Shown in pieces: positions 41,475-56,252 of a DNA stretch of 64,000 nucleotides. The notes beneath the pieces are model-generated. The model was not told where the DNA came from. It ran no database searches and was given only the letters and a program-made list of their open reading frames with translations. The stretch is taken from the NCBI RefSeq assembly GCF_009914755.1, contig NC_060928.1, one strand, 5' to 3'. Position 1 is the stretch's first letter. Each line of letters opens with the position of its first letter. The translations under genes were made by a program, and so were the position numbers. The stretch is from the human T2T-CHM13v2.0 reference genome, Homo sapiens.

Positions 41475-44400
41475 CTATAGAATCAATCAAGTGTGCTTTA
41501 GGGGCACCTCAACTCCTCCTTCTTTATTTCAGCCTTCAACCATCATAACACAAACTCCCAATACTCTCTCTACTTGCCTCTTTCCTGTTAGAAGAAAAAA
41601 CGACTTAGGTCACTTACACCTTGATGTAAACCAGTTTAATTTCTTTTATCTACTCTAGAATTATTTACATGTTAAAGAGAAAAGAAGAGCTAATATAGTT
41701 AAAGGAAAAGGGAATGAGCTCTTAGTGGCCAAATTCCAAACACTGGTACCAGATAAGGTGGTTATTGTCATATTGCTGCAATGGAGTCCTCCATATGCCC
41801 TTCAAATCATTCTATACAATAAAACCAAGTATTTTTCTTCTTCTTGGGCTAAGGAGTCATTGTGTGTTTATGACAAAGAGGCAAAAAATGGTAATTATAT
41901 AAGGATTTTTATGGTAACTAGTTGGCTAACAAATATAAGGAAAAAATTATAGCAAATTAATCATATCTTTGATATATTGAGAGGCCCATAAATATTCAAC
42001 TCACCCTCTTGGCCTGTTGACAGAAATCTATATAAGTAGCTGAAATTGTAAATAAGTTAAAGCTGAAGCAAGGTTCTCACTCTTAAGAAAAAGTATGTCG
42101 GTCATATTCTATTAGACTTATTATGATAAGTGTATCTACAGGAAAGTAGATTTTCATAACTTCTTTTAAAAATAAAAACCATCAGCAATAAAGTCTAAAA
42201 TGAGAGGGGCACTTAGCTCAGTTAATCAACACCTCAAACTCTACCATAATCAACACCTCAAATTCCACCAAAATACAGGGCAATGAAACATTACCATAAT
42301 ATATGTCCCAGAATTATTCTCATTTATCCACCTATGACCATTCACATAGCAAGATCCAGCTCATTTAAAGCATATAAACAGTTATGGTTATCTGAAGTTC
42401 TTTGGAAATTTACTAACTACAATTGTCTGGGAATCAAACCAGAAATCACACTAGCGGACGGTTCAAATGAGCACAAAGGAGAGCAGATTCAATAACACTG
42501 CTGACCAAGCAACTAGCCACTGATATTAGGGTAGTCAGGAGACAAGGGAGTGAGATTCCACCAAACACCTTTCATTAGTTGCTTTTTGCACTAGAGGATG
42601 TTAGACAAACATTACCAGGCTTGGTGATAATATCACATATTTGTGGCACTACAAATAAAGAGAGAAAAAATGCATTGCCAGATGGACTAAAGGTGAGCGT
42701 GAATAATGTAGCAAAGTCAAGCAGAGAAGAAAAAGCAAACACAAAAATCCCTTTACGAGGATCTCCAGTGACATTAACTGGCACAATTTTAGGATCAAAG
42801 GCATATTTGCCTTTAACCCGTGCCTTATAGAATTTCAAGTCAAAGCAAATGCACAAGCCTCCCTCAAGAAAGAAAGTTTTTGGCAGTAAAATAAAGAGTA
42901 TCCCTCTATGTATAAACTGGCATCCCATATCTAAACATCTCTACATCTGGAATCCATCCAAAAGTTTATTTAGTGGAATCCAGAGAAGCATTCCAATGAC
43001 CTCATCTTCTCAAATAATAGGAGAATATTTGTATGTGGCCATTTAGAACGACTCTTGCAGCAAAGAGTGATTTAAATGAAAAAAACTCAGTCAGTCCTTA
43101 ATTATTTAAGTTATTTCCTAATAGGGAACTCAGAAAACATAGACTTTTGCCAGGAAATTCTAAAATAACTTAATTCAGAAGTAGTTGTAAAATTTTTTTG
43201 CCATTATCAAAGAGACATCAATGTTTCCAGTAAACAAAAATATAAGAAGTATGCCCATTAACCTTAGGACACTTGGGACACTGGTCATGCATTTTTCTGG
43301 CCAATGCAGATGCATAGTATAAACAATGTAAATACCACAGATATAGCAGGTAGACAATACTGGGTCAGTTTTCTGGTGGTCTACACAGGAGGGGAAGGAA
43401 ATGCTGTGATGTTCATATAATATATGATAGAAAGAGAGATTGGTATTATAGTTGCAAAGCCAGACTCCAAATTGATTTGGGCAGGCTAAGGGGGTTTTGC
43501 AGATGTTTGATGTGATGAACAGGTGAAGAAATCAACAGGCTGTTGTGTAGTTTGTGTAATGGAGTATTGAACTTCTCCTTCACAAATGGTCCTTTGAGAT
43601 AGCTTATAACCCTTCTCTACACTCCTATTTTCCTCAAGATGCATAATTATTGCTATTAATCTACTTGAATTTACTTTCTTTGAATAATAGTGATATTTTT
43701 ATATATGATTTATAAAATACTCTGTGCATGTATTATCTGCTAGACATTGTAGATCTCCACTCTATAACCTAGGAAGAACTAATTCCAAAAAGGTAAGTGA
43801 CTGTTGGTAGGTAGTAAATAACCAAGCTGAGGTTCCAATTGCGTCCACTGCTCTTTTATTGACAGTTTGATTCTCACCAAAAAGCTACTTATAACGGTTA
43901 TACAAGGCTTATGAAAGGGTTAAGCTTACCAGAGGCATTTGAGTCAGATGTATGGAGACATCCTAAGAAAAGAATATATTCCGAATAGCCCTGGGTCTTT
44001 CCAATTACTTCACTTTTTCTATACCTAATGTTCACCCCCCTGTTCAAGTACTGTACATAATCTCTCTCCCTGGATAACTGTGATAGAATTCCAATTGGTC
44101 ATACACAAACTTTTACCTTCCTCTGCACCCAAAATGATAGTCTGAAAATTTTTTGTTCATTTACTCTCAAGTTTCTAAACTTTCATTGGCTTCCCATTGT
44201 CCTTAAGAAAAAAATCTTTGAAATAGCTTTTGAAATAGCCTTTGAAATAGCTTAAAAGTCTCGCCATGTTCCGGTCTCCACTGACCTCTGCAGCTTCACC
44301 TCTCTACATTCTGCCTCTGGATTTCTTTCAGTTTCTCATTTGTGCAATCTTCTTTCTTGAATTTGAAAATCCATTCTCTCCACAAAAGCATTGAGTAATC

Positions 44401-47199
44401 CCGTAACTCCCTTGTCTAGAAAATGCCTACTAATTCTTTAGATGCAGGGCCAGATGTCTTCTGGGAGACATTTTTATCCCTGATCACTATTTTTTAGTTT
44501 GTTTATTTACACTTGGAATTGTTTACTGATGATAAACTCTGTAAGGCCACTGTGTCTTTATTACTTATGACTGCAGCATTAACGTCTAATTTTGTAGTAA
44601 AAAAAAAACAAAGAAAACTGGACTAAACAAACAAAAAAACAAAAACACAGCAATGAATAAGTGGCTGTACAAATAAAATACTAGGTAGAAATATGAATGC
44701 AAACTAATAATTCAGGATTCCATTTAGCTTTTTTTAATTGCTTAAGTAAAAAAAAAATACTTAAAATCTAATATGACAAGCACATGCCATCCTATGGGGT
44801 ATTTTCTATAGTCATGGTACCTCATCAGGCGGCTATTAACATGTGAGATATGATGTTTTGCAAAGAGAGAACAAATACACATAGTGTTGAATGCAGTGAA
44901 GAGGGACACTAGAGCAGCACAGGAAACTGATTATTCAGAATCATAATTTCAACTGTGTTTTCACTGTGCCATGCATGCATCTGTTTCAACATCCAGATAT
45001 TGACAACAGCACATGTGAAATGGAAATTTCACCCTAATTTGAAGACAGATCCTGTTTATTCTCCAACTGTGATTTCCAATCTCAAATGGTGGAATTTAGG
45101 AATTTCTGCTTTAAAACACACAGACAAGCAATTTAAGGGTTTTCAGTTAAATATGCAGAACATTGAATAATTTAATGATACTTTACTTGTTTCCTTTCAA
45201 TCCTAGGAATAATAACCTACATATTTCCTTAAGATAATAAATATTCTTTATATAGGACTGTCATGATAATTGTTAAGAGCAAGATTGACAAATACAAAAT
45301 AATATATTTATGGCACTCTTTAATTATCTTCATGTCCCCAGGTGGCAAGAAACAACATTTTCAGTGAAGAGTTATTTATTATTTGGAAGATTCTGGCTTG
45401 AGATTAGATAAGTTTAATTAAGTGTGTTTTATGTATAGGTAAATTCAGAATTTTATGCTGAAATATTGCTGACACTGGTTATGCGCAGTTCGTGTGATTA
45501 TGAAAAGGCTGTCTTATCCCTACATTTGCAGTTTCTTCAGTACAAACCATAACAACTCTGAGGTTGCTGAAGTCATGAGGGGAAAGTGAGAAAGTTGCCC
45601 ATCAAATATGCTAATGATATAGTTGGATTTAGGGTTTATTACTATGATACTGAAAGCATTTCACTTGGGCTTCAAAAGGATTTTTTTAAAAAAATATTCT
45701 AAAACAATGTTACACTATCTTGTTACCAGTCAGTCCATGTGTAGCTGTATATATCCTGTTCAAGGTGAATCAGACTCTCACTCATAAACCGAGGCTTTGA
45801 ACCTCCACTTCCCGTGGTTGCTGGTGATTTTGTTTCTCTTAATAGGACTTTTCAAGCTAAATAATTATTCCACTGACAAGTGTTTTGGAAAAGGTGACTA
45901 TTCTAAATAGCAAACTTTTTATAGCAGCCTGATTTAATCAAGTCTAAGGTACGAGCTCTTTTGAAGTGACTGGATTTATTACTTTGTCACAGCTGCCGGT
46001 TAGGCTTCTATCATGCAGGCACATGATTTCTAGGTACTGAGGGAAGTGATTATTATGATGTTTAGAATTCAAGGAACTCTAGAACAATGGAGGCAGTTAT
46101 GAAAAATGAATTTTTTGCTGATTACTATCCTTCTTTGTCCAGGAAACAAAATCTGGATACATCAGTCAGTGCTTTTATTATTATTAGATCAGAACTGACA
46201 GTACTTTCAGTTATGAGAAAGGTAACTTTCAACATATCACCTGTTCTTTGATTTATGTTACTCCACTGTACTGATTTTGTATGGTGCATAATTCATGATA
46301 GAATTTTAATACAAGCACAGAGTGTTAAAATCAAGAACAAAAATATAACTAAAAAGGAAAAAGATTGTTCCTGTGGTCTCTCTTCCATACAAATTAAATT
46401 ATGTTGAATTTGAATACGGGCTTCTGAGAAGACAGAAAGAAATGACTTGATCTAGGAAGATTCTATATAATACCACTGGATGTGCACAACTCTTTTGTGC
46501 ATAAGAAATATGCGATTTCCTTTCAATGAAAAACTTTCCTCAGAAAAAGACAAACATTAAAATTATATCAATTTCAAAAACAGTAATAGAGCTGGAATGG
46601 ATAAAGGTCCCCCCAAATCCTTTCCTTTTATTATGTAGCTCTGAAATGATTCCAAGCACGTACAAGATTTGCTACCTGAGTGACATAATGTTTTGCTATG
46701 GTAAGAACATGGAGTGTAATCCCTCTCCCCTCGAGAATGTTACCTCATACCTTATCAGACCATAAATGTGAATTATTGGCTTCAACTGCTGTACTCCAAA
46801 ACATATATAACCCAAGACTCTGACAAACACATTGAGGGCATAGGCTGTGGCAAGGCTACTCTTGTCCAGTCCTTGAGCTGTTCCCTCAAGTCCTCCCTGC
46901 CCACACCTGCAATGCTTGCTGGTGCCAAAGGATGTTGTGTGTTTTCCCAGATCTCCACCGTGTTGGTCAAATTGTCTCTTCTGAGAATATCTCATAGAAA
47001 AGTATGCCTCAAACTTTGATTAGGCTTTATCTCCAAAGAGGACTGCTTCCATCCTAACTGAGCAACTAGACTTTAATAATTGGACTCTAAATGAAATTGG
47101 AATTCACTGTATGGTTTAAAATACCTCCTCCATCAAGTGTATTTCCTGTGAGATTTGTTCTCATTATTCTCCCTCTTTTTGAACATTGTGGAAAAAAAA

Positions 47200-48995
47200 G
47201 TCTCTTTCTGTGACAATAAGCCATGTGGATTGTGAAATCATACTTTGATCATTTCTCTATTTTAACCATAGAAAATATCACCATAAAATCTATAAAAATA
47301 CTGGCAAAAATGCCCAAAATCAACTTTTTTAAAACTCTAAAACTTAACCAGAAACTTGTAACAGTTAGGAGAGTCTTTACTCAAGAAAAACAGCAGAATC
47401 CCAGTAAAAGAAATGAGTTTTGCAGCATTTTAATGCCCTAGTCCTAGGACCTTCTCCCTAGCTCTGTGAAAAGCAATAGCTACAAATCAAAGTGAAAACT
47501 AGCAGCCTAGCCTCTTCTGAAGGGGAAAAAAATGGGGCTAGGGTTCCTTCAAAGCAATTCCCATGGTTTGCTGGAAAATCCCACTGATAAAGCTTGTTTT
47601 TATTTGACCTGACTCAGACTTTCCCTAGTATGAACATTCTTTTCCCGAAGGTGCTTTTGGAAATAATCAGTGACAATTGTTTACCATCACAGTTACCTGA
47701 GGCAGTGATAACAGTTGGGGCAAACAATAAGCTAAACAAATTAATTAAAAGAAAAAAATGGGGAATTAGATATACACAGAGGACTTCGGAAAGCTCCAAA
47801 ATATTTCTGGGAATCTGGAAGGTCACATATATATGCAGGGCTATGTACATGCCCAGGAAAGACTTGAGAACATTCTAAGCTCTCACTGCTGGCTGACCTT
47901 CAGGCTCTGAGTAAGCAGTGTGTGAACACCAAAATGGAGTGATAATTTGTCTGCCTGAATGTTGAAGGCATGCTCTCATATGTACATAGTTCATTGGCAA
48001 TGTCTGGGAAACCTATTAATTTAAACATTTAAGAATATATTTGTAAATCATGTGTCTGATAAGGGTCTAAATATCTGATATCCAGAATATACGAAAAATT
48101 CTTACAACTTAAAAATAATAAGACAATCCAATTAAAAAAGGGGCAAAGGACTTGAATAGGCATTTCTTCAAAGAAGAAACATAAATCGCCAAAAGCTTAT
48201 GCAAGATACTCAATTTCATTAGTTATTAGCGAAATGCAAATCAAAATCACAATGAAATAACACTTTGCACACATTAGGACAACTACTGAAAAAAAGAGAA
48301 GTAACAAGCATTGTTGAGGATGTTGAGAAGACTGCATTTATGAAGCATGTAAGACTGTAATTTATGAAGGCATAAATTACTAGTGGAAATGTAATATGTT
48401 GCAGCCACTTTGAAAAACAGTTTGGCAATTCTTCTAATAGTTAAACAGAGAGTTACTGTATTACCCAGCAATTCCACTCTAGGTGTATACCCAGAAGAAT
48501 TGGAAACATACATCCAGTGAAAAACTTGGACACAAATGTTCATAGCAACATTATTCATAATAGCCAAGAGTGGAAATAATACAAATGCCCATCAACTGAA
48601 GAATAAAATTTTGTAGCCCCATACATTGGAATATTAGTCATAAAAATAAAGTACCGATTCATGATACAACATGGATAAATCTTGAAAACACTATGCTAAA
48701 TAAAGGAAGCTCCACACAAAAGGCTACATATTGTATGATTTTATACATCATACATATGTATGATAAATATATATATATTGAATAGGCAAATCTACAGAGA
48801 CCAAAAGTAGATTAGTTGTTGCCAGGGGCTGCCTACAGGGAAAGGGGATTCATAAATGACTGCTAAGGATATGGCCTTTCTTCCCAGGATGATGAAACTA
48901 CTCTGGACACTGATAATAATTGTAAAACTTTGTGACTATGCTAATAACCACTGAATGGTATACTTTAAATAGGTGAATTATATCTCAATAAGAAA
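47200..48995 (+). mobile_element. L1M 5' region joined to an L1MB-type 3' end
   Basis: gataagggtcta...atccagaatatac...gaaatgcaaatcaaaatcacaatga...aggcaaatctacagagaccaaaagtagattagttgttgccaggg. Confidence 0.75.
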
Positions 48996-51099
48996 ACACT
49001 GATAAATTTTGTTCGCTAAAGAAAAAGAGAAAAGAAATTCACTTTGTTGTCAAATTTTATACACATTTAAAATAGCAATTAGTGACATGTCATAGTATTA
49101 AACAAAAATTTAGGGGAAATATTACCTTTAGGGATAGTAGCAGCTCCCTGCCCCCTATAAAAAAAATCCTCAGCAGAAATATTTGCATTCTGATAATTCA
49201 GTTTTTACTACACTGATATGGATAGAACAGAATCTCAGATTGAGTGAATATTTACACTAATAAGTATTTAAGATGTCAACATTGATTTGTGTCAGAGTTT
49301 ACTCTTTAAAATTTCCTCGGTACATAGAAGAGCTCTATGAAGCTTAGGTATCTTTTTGAAACTTCTCTAAAATTGCATATTTCCTTGAAAGTTTATATAA
49401 CAAATTAACTTTACTAACAATCAAGAGGCAACTATAATGAGAAGAAGTAGACAAGCTTTGGTTTTTTGAAACAGAAAAATGATGCATAATTAATTGGATG
49501 TATAACTCCAGAGTGTTAATGTTGAATCCAGAGTGAGAAATTAGCATCTTACTTTAGAACAAGTTGGGAATTTGAGATAGTTTATTTCTCTGAAACTTCA
49601 CTGGATAAATTTATGCTATTTTGTTTAGTAATTCATTCCTAGATTCATTTATTAATACATTTGTTTGCTTCCTTTATTTAATTTAGATATTTAACATTTG
49701 ATTAATCATAAGCATTATTAAGTAACTAATGGTGCAAAACACTACTTAAACATAGTGAATACAAGGATAGTAGAGGTCGTAATTATTTTTTCATGTAATT
49801 ATAGAACAAATTTATAGAATACCATGTGTAAATATTTTGAGATATAGCAATTCTGTATCTCTACTAAAGGGAATCAAATAAGGAAATATGGCAAAAAGGG
49901 CTTTTCATAAGTAGTTAGAAAAATGGTTGAGTAATGGTGAGTATTGTTTTAAGAATCTTACATGTATTATATGTAATACGTGTAAGGTTACATAAGGTTA
50001 ACTACTCATTATCAATCCTTAGGATAAGTACTCATTATCACCACTATATTGCATTTGGCTAATATGTGATCAGGCTAGGGTTTGAACCCACACAGACAGC
50101 TTTTGTTATGTTGTGTTTATCTTGGTTTTGATGGGATTATTGATTTGATGTGAAAAACATTAGGGAAGAAAAGGAATTCAGAATTTAGAAAACAAAAAGA
50201 AAAGAAGTAATAGGAAGAAGATGTGTCTTCTTGGAGCTGAGGCTGATGAGAATTAGCAACTGGGAAACAAAAATGTACAGGGTTTGGCCACTTAAGAGAG
50301 GCCTAGGAATGACAGGTTCAGTCACACTAGACTCGCAGATGGCTCTTCGTCCTGAGACTCTTGTGTGAGGGAGTACATTATGAAAGCAGTGTTTTATGAA
50401 GAATAATGTTGCCTGGTACAGATTATTTGTTAGAGAAGTTATAGGAAGAGCTGTTAGAGAGCCATTACAGTAATCTATCATGCAACACGGTCAGAATTAT
50501 GTAAGTCAAATCATTAGCCAAGAAAGCTGAAATAGATTCAAGTGATTTTTGGCCCTTCCGGAATGCCTTCAAAATATGGAGTATTAAAATTATGAATTAA
50601 AAGAATCCTTTTAACAGACCACAATCACCATTTCTTCTAGATGTCATATGCATTCACTTTCTCTGAGTTCATGCTTTGATTATAAGATTTCCAGGCTGGT
50701 ATCTATTCCATTTCTCAATCCCCAATCTATTACCTTCTTTAATCACTTCATTTAAAATAATCCAGTTGAGTTTACAAGGTCCATAATTTAACTAACACCC
50801 TCACCATTACTTGTATCTCTCTTGCTGCTCTATATTTCATTATATTTCTCTGATGGTTAAAAAAAACAAATACAAAGCTAATTACTTTTATACACATTAT
50901 CTATGCTACCACCCCCACACCTACTCTCTACCGCAGGAGCCTATACTCCTTCAGAAAATTATGCAATAAGATAAATTGGTATCACTATAAATTCTTGTTT
51001 GCCAACCTCAAAAATGCTCTTAACTTTCTCAACCTTGCTCAAAATTCCTAGGATATTTCTTGGGTCAACATTCTTCACCTTCTCAAAATGCTTTTTTTT

Positions 51100-51940
51100 A
51101 ATTTAAAAGGTTAATTTTTCATTATGAGTTTCTCCAAACATATGCTAAAGTAGAAAGAAACCATGAGTATCTATCACTTGCTTCATCAATTATACACATG
51201 GCCAACCTTGCTTCATCTAGTTGAACCATTGCTCCTCCCCCATGGGTTATTTTAAAGGTAAATGTCTTAGATTTTAATCCATTAATACTTCAGAGGTATT
51301 TCTAAAAGATATGGACACTTTTTTCAACATATCCATGGTATTATTGTTAACAAATAATAATTTGTTATTACCATTAAACATTCATCTAAGATGAATAAAC
51401 TCCTTGAAGATGATGATGGTATTACAGTTGGTTTGAGGGGAACTGGGATCCACATGAACTCCCAGTATAGCATCTATAGGATATGTCTTTTGACTATAGA
51501 TTCTCTTCCCTCTTTGTTTTTCCCTGACCACTTTATTGTTGAAGAATTAACTTGTCATGTAGAATCTCCATCCTAGAAATTATTGACTGCACCATTTTGT
51601 TGTTATTTAGGTTTCTTTATCCCCTGTTTTCCCAGCAAACTGGCAGTTAGATCTAGGGACCTATCAGATACATCTCTGTTTTGGGCAAGAATACATCAGA
51701 GGTGGTACTGTGAGCTTCCTATTCTTTTGTGTCAGGAGGCACTAGTGTCTGGTTGTCTTCCTATGCATAATGTTAAGATTTGGCAGTGGGATCAGATACT
51801 ATCAGTATGATCCACCCATTATAAAGTTTTCCATTATCCCTTCATGTAATTTTTGCTGCCATGGGTGGCTGGTGTTTAAATCCATTATTTCATTAGGGTT
51901 TGCAAAATAGTGAATTTCTATTTCTATAACTTATTCTGCT
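51100..51940 (-). mobile_element. Degenerate L1ME fragment
   Basis: Antisense L1ME-like text (aatacttcagaggtatttctaaaagatatggac; gatccacccattataaagtt). Confidence 0.5.
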
Positions 51941-52120
51941 TGAAGAAAAAGATGAGAAAAAGGAAAGGTGAAAATGTGGTAGGAATGGGGTGTGGTAGGG
52001 ATTGTATCTACAAACTCTATTTTATGTCACCAAATAGGTAAGGACTGTGCTGGCAAATCCTCATCTTTAGTTAGTGGGAGATAAAGGAAAACATGCACAC
52101 GTTAGAAAATTGTGTCCCTG

Positions 52121-53437
52121 GCTCTTGCCCTTGCCCTCCCTCTCCCCTCTCCCCTCTTCCTCGTCTCCGTCTCCCACTTTCCACGGTCTCCCTCTGATGC
52201 CGAGCGGAGGCTGGACTGTACTGCCGCCATCTCAGCTCACTGCAACCTCCCTGCCTGATTCTCCTGCCTCAGCCTGCTGAGTGCCTGCGATTGCAGGCGC
52301 GCGCTGCCACGCCTGACTGGTTTTTGTATTTTTTGGTGGAGATGGGGTTTCACCGTGTTGGCCGGGCTGGTCTCCAGCTCCTGACCGCGAGTGATCTGCC
52401 TGCCTGGGCCTCCCGAGGTGCCTGGATTGCAGACAGAGTCTCACTCACTCAGTGCTCAATCTTGCCCAGGCTGGAGTGCAGTGGCGTGATCTCGGCTCGC
52501 TACAACCTCCACCTCCCAGCCGCCTGCCTTGGCCTCCCAAAGTGCCAAGATTGCAGCCTCTGCCCGGCCGCCACCCCGTCTGGGAAGTGAGGAGCGTCTC
52601 TGCCTGGCTGCGACCCCGTCTGGGATCTGAGGAGTGTCTCTGCCCGACCGCCACCCCGTCTGGGAGGTGAGGAGCATCTCTGCCTGGCCGCCCCGTCTGA
52701 GAAGTGAGGAGCCCCTCCGCCCGGCAGCCGCCCCGTCTGGGAAGTGAGGAGCGTCTCCGCCTGGCAGCCACCCCCTCTGGGAGGGAGGTGGGGGGCAGCC
52801 CCCGCCCGGCCAGCCGCCCGGTCCGGGAGGTGGGGGGCACCTCCGCCCGGCCGCCTCGTATGGGAAGTGAGGAGCCCCTCTGCCCTGCCGCCACCCTGTC
52901 TGGGAGGTGTACCCAGCAGCTCATTGAGAATGGGCCATGATGACGATGGCGGTTTTGTCCAATAGAAAAGGGGGAAATGTGGGGAAAAGAAAGAGAGATC
53001 AGATTGTTACTGTGTCTGTGTAGAAAGAAGTAGACATAGGAGACTCCATTTTGTTCTGTACTAAGAAAAATTCTTCTGCCTTGGGATGCTGTTAATCTAT
53101 AACCTTACCCCCAACCCCCTGCTCTCTGAAACATGTGCTGTGTCCACTCAGGGTTAAATGGATTAAGGGCCGTGCAAGATGTGCTTTGTTAAACAGATGC
53201 TTGAAGGCAGCATGCTCCTTAAGATTCATCACCACTCCCTAATCTCAAGTACCCAGGGACACAAACGCTGAGGAAGGTGGCAGGGCCCTCTGCCTAGGAA
53301 AACCAGAGACCCTTGTTCACATGTTTATCTGCTGACCTTCCCTCCACTATTGTCCTATGACCCTGCCAAATCCCCCTCTCCGAGAAACACCCAAGAATGA
53401 TCAATAAATACTAAAAAAAAAAAAAAGAAAAAAAAAA
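52121..53437 (+). mobile_element. SVA retrotransposon, essentially complete, older subfamily (A/B-like), short VNTR
   Basis: Degenerate CCCTCT head, antisense Alu-like region, VNTR (ccgccaccccgtctgggaagtgaggagc), SINE-R, AATAAA + poly(A); 17-bp TSD agaaaattgtgtccctg at 52104-52120 and 53438-53454. Confidence 0.97.
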
Positions 53438-55783
53438 AGAAAATTGTGTCCCTGTCATAAAAATATTGTATTGGTGAGCACAATGAAAGGAGCAGCAAAT
53501 TCTACTTGGGAATTGCAAGTAGTTAAAAATAGCTGAAAAAGGACGTGTGTGTACATGTGAATACATGGTCATAAGTCTGGAGAAAGAAAGGAGACAGGAA
53601 ATGGAGCACTTTATTAGTTATATAAAGTAGTTTAAGTCTTTTTCCCCAGTCGGCAGTGAAATGAAGAGATTTAAGCAAGAGGATAATAACAATGAAAAAT
53701 TTTTGTTGTAGGAAGATCACTTCTCTAGCAGTATGAAGGATGGACCGGAAGGGGAAAGATTGAAGGCAGAGACCAGTGTAGTCATTATTACTGTAGCTGA
53801 AGTGGAAAATGATGAAGGTATGTACTTGCAGTTGCAGGCAAGACCGTCTTTTTATGTGTTTCTGGCTTAGCACTTGTTAAACTCTACTATAACTGTCTGT
53901 TTTCTGCATTGAACTGCAATAAGTGTTAAGCACAGTTGATGAGAGCAATCTACCCTAGGTAGAGGAAATAGGGGTAGATAATTTTAAAATGTCAATGAAA
54001 CTAACTAAAAATTAATCTGCTTTTTATTATCACTATGCACTGGCAATTCAAAACAATGTGAATGTTAAAATACTTCTCCCCTCAAAAATGTTATTTGTGG
54101 GTCCAAGTTCTAATTGACTTATTTATTTTCATCAGTTTTAATTGATCAGTTTCCATTTCATCTTCTTAAAGGCATTTTAAAGAGAATTTAATTTGCCTCT
54201 ACCTTAGCACTCTGCTGCTGCAACTGGAGACTGGAGAAAAAGACTGGGTGAGTAGAAAAAGAATTTACTCATAAGAATATGATCTTGAATATGAAAATTA
54301 TGATTAAAACATCAGCGTTACTATATGCTTCAACATAAGAATGGTATATTCATTAAAACTTTGAAATATATTCAATAATATTTTTGTAAATTTTTTTTTC
54401 TAAAATAGCTTCATCTACTAGTTATCTTACACATTCAAACTTAAAGACTTGTCTCTTTCCTTACACAGTCCCCTTTCAACATCCTTATATCTACAAATCC
54501 AAATCCCCTTTCCTTCAAGTCCCATGTCACATTACACTTCCACCATAAAGCCATCTTTTCCTCTAAATCCATGTAACAATATTTGTGCTTTTATTACAGC
54601 CTACCCCACTGCCTACCCTGTATCATAGTCATTGTGTACACATCTTATAGTTGAAATTAAACCCATAAGCTCTTAGGTGTCTTTATTATGGCTGTATCTT
54701 TGATATTACCTGATAAAGTACTTAGCCCATGGGAACATTCTAGAAATAGGGATAGATTACTTTAATTTCATTTATGTAGAAAATGTACATGCTTTTTAAG
54801 ATTCTTTCAACTCTGTAGTTATGTGATCTTTTTAACCCCTGTATGTAATGTTTCAAAGTGACGTTTTTAGGACTATGGAATGGAGAGAGAGGGTAATTTG
54901 AAAATAGGTTGGATGTTTACGGATTTTATAGGAAACTCTTTCAAATTTCATCCTTTCATAAACAAATATAACTAGGCCTTGGTAAAATTTATTTAATACT
55001 CTGAACTACAGATCATTAACATTCCAGGTCACAACTTATGTTTACTGTATGCCAAACCAAAAGGAGACACTGTAGGAGAGAAGAAATAATTTTCAGCCTA
55101 ATCACTGCATCTCAAGCAGGAGATGCCAAAATCATGTTCATCCAAATTGAAACAAACTGTGAAATATTTTTAAGATATCCCTTTGAGTAATCTCTCTGTG
55201 AGGGATTAGGAATGTAAAATCAATGCGTGAGATTTGGCCTGGAAACGCTGTAAAAGGGCTTTTAGCAAGCCTAGGGAGGCAGGAAGAATATCTATCAATG
55301 GCTGTTAATGATATTCTTGCATTGAAAAGGATGTTTATTAATTTGCAAAAATTATTGTGCCCACTGTGTGCAGAAACTCTCTACTCATTATTTTTCCCAT
55401 TCAAAGAAAAGTAAGATCTTAAGCTACATGAAACATCTTTCAATCTAATTAAAAAGACAAGTGTACGTCATTACCCTTATATATTATGACATAAATGATA
55501 GGTACAGAAAGGATGTTTTTAAAGTGATCTGAGATATCTGAGAATGAAATGATTACTAATTCTGTTCTGATAAATTAAAGAAAGCTTTGAAGAGTAGGTG
55601 TCATTTGAATTAAAACACATTAGTATGGGTAGGATTTCAAAAGGTGGATGAAGAAGTTTGTATGTGTTTGGGTTTTAGAGGAGTTGGTGATGGTATTGAT
55701 TTTAGGGTACAGGTAATCATAAATCCATAGTAATTGGTGAGCAAAGAGTTTGCTTCTAGATGTGAAAGCATATGTCAGAACTA

Positions 55784-56252
55784 TGGTAGGTTGCAAATGG
55801 TCACAAAATCTTTGCTGCTCTTCCTATGAAGAAGTAGAGCTATTTTCACAGCCCCTTTAATTTGGAATGGCTTGCTTTGACCATTCCAAATAGAGTACAG
55901 AGAATATGATGCATAAGTTGAGAGCTACACCTTCAGGGCCTTGAACACTCTTTCGTACACTGCCACAATGTGAATAAATCTGAGCTAGACCATTGGAGGG
56001 GCTATATGGACAACTGAGTCACTGTAATTGAAACATGTCAATGGCCAAACATTCAATAAAGACATTATAGATTATTCATCCCCTGCCAAATAACCAGGAT
56101 TATCCAGGTAAGTAAGCCGAGGTGAGATCCGTGGAAGAACAGCCCAGCTGATCTCAGGACAAATTGCCAATTTACAGAATTGCAAGCAGATAATTTTTTT
56201 TTAAGCCACTATCCTTTCGAGTGGTTTGTTGCCCAACAAAGGTAAACTGATA
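55784..56252 (+). mobile_element. Old MLT1-type LTR
   Basis: tggtaggttgcaaatggtcac...cagcccagctgatc...tttaagccactat...gtggtttgttg...ggtaaactgata. Confidence 0.6.

Noticed and set aside
42575-43045. Overlapping ORFs (117 aa on -, 83 and 65 aa on +) in repeat-free sequence; possible processed pseudogene
   Set aside because: No recognisable protein similarity, poly(A) tail or TSD. A BLASTX or conservation check would be needed, so it is not supportable from sequence alone.
52074-52965. Cluster of GC-rich ORFs up to 159 aa
   Set aside because: All lie within the SVA Alu-like/VNTR region, where stop-poor composition produces spurious ORFs.
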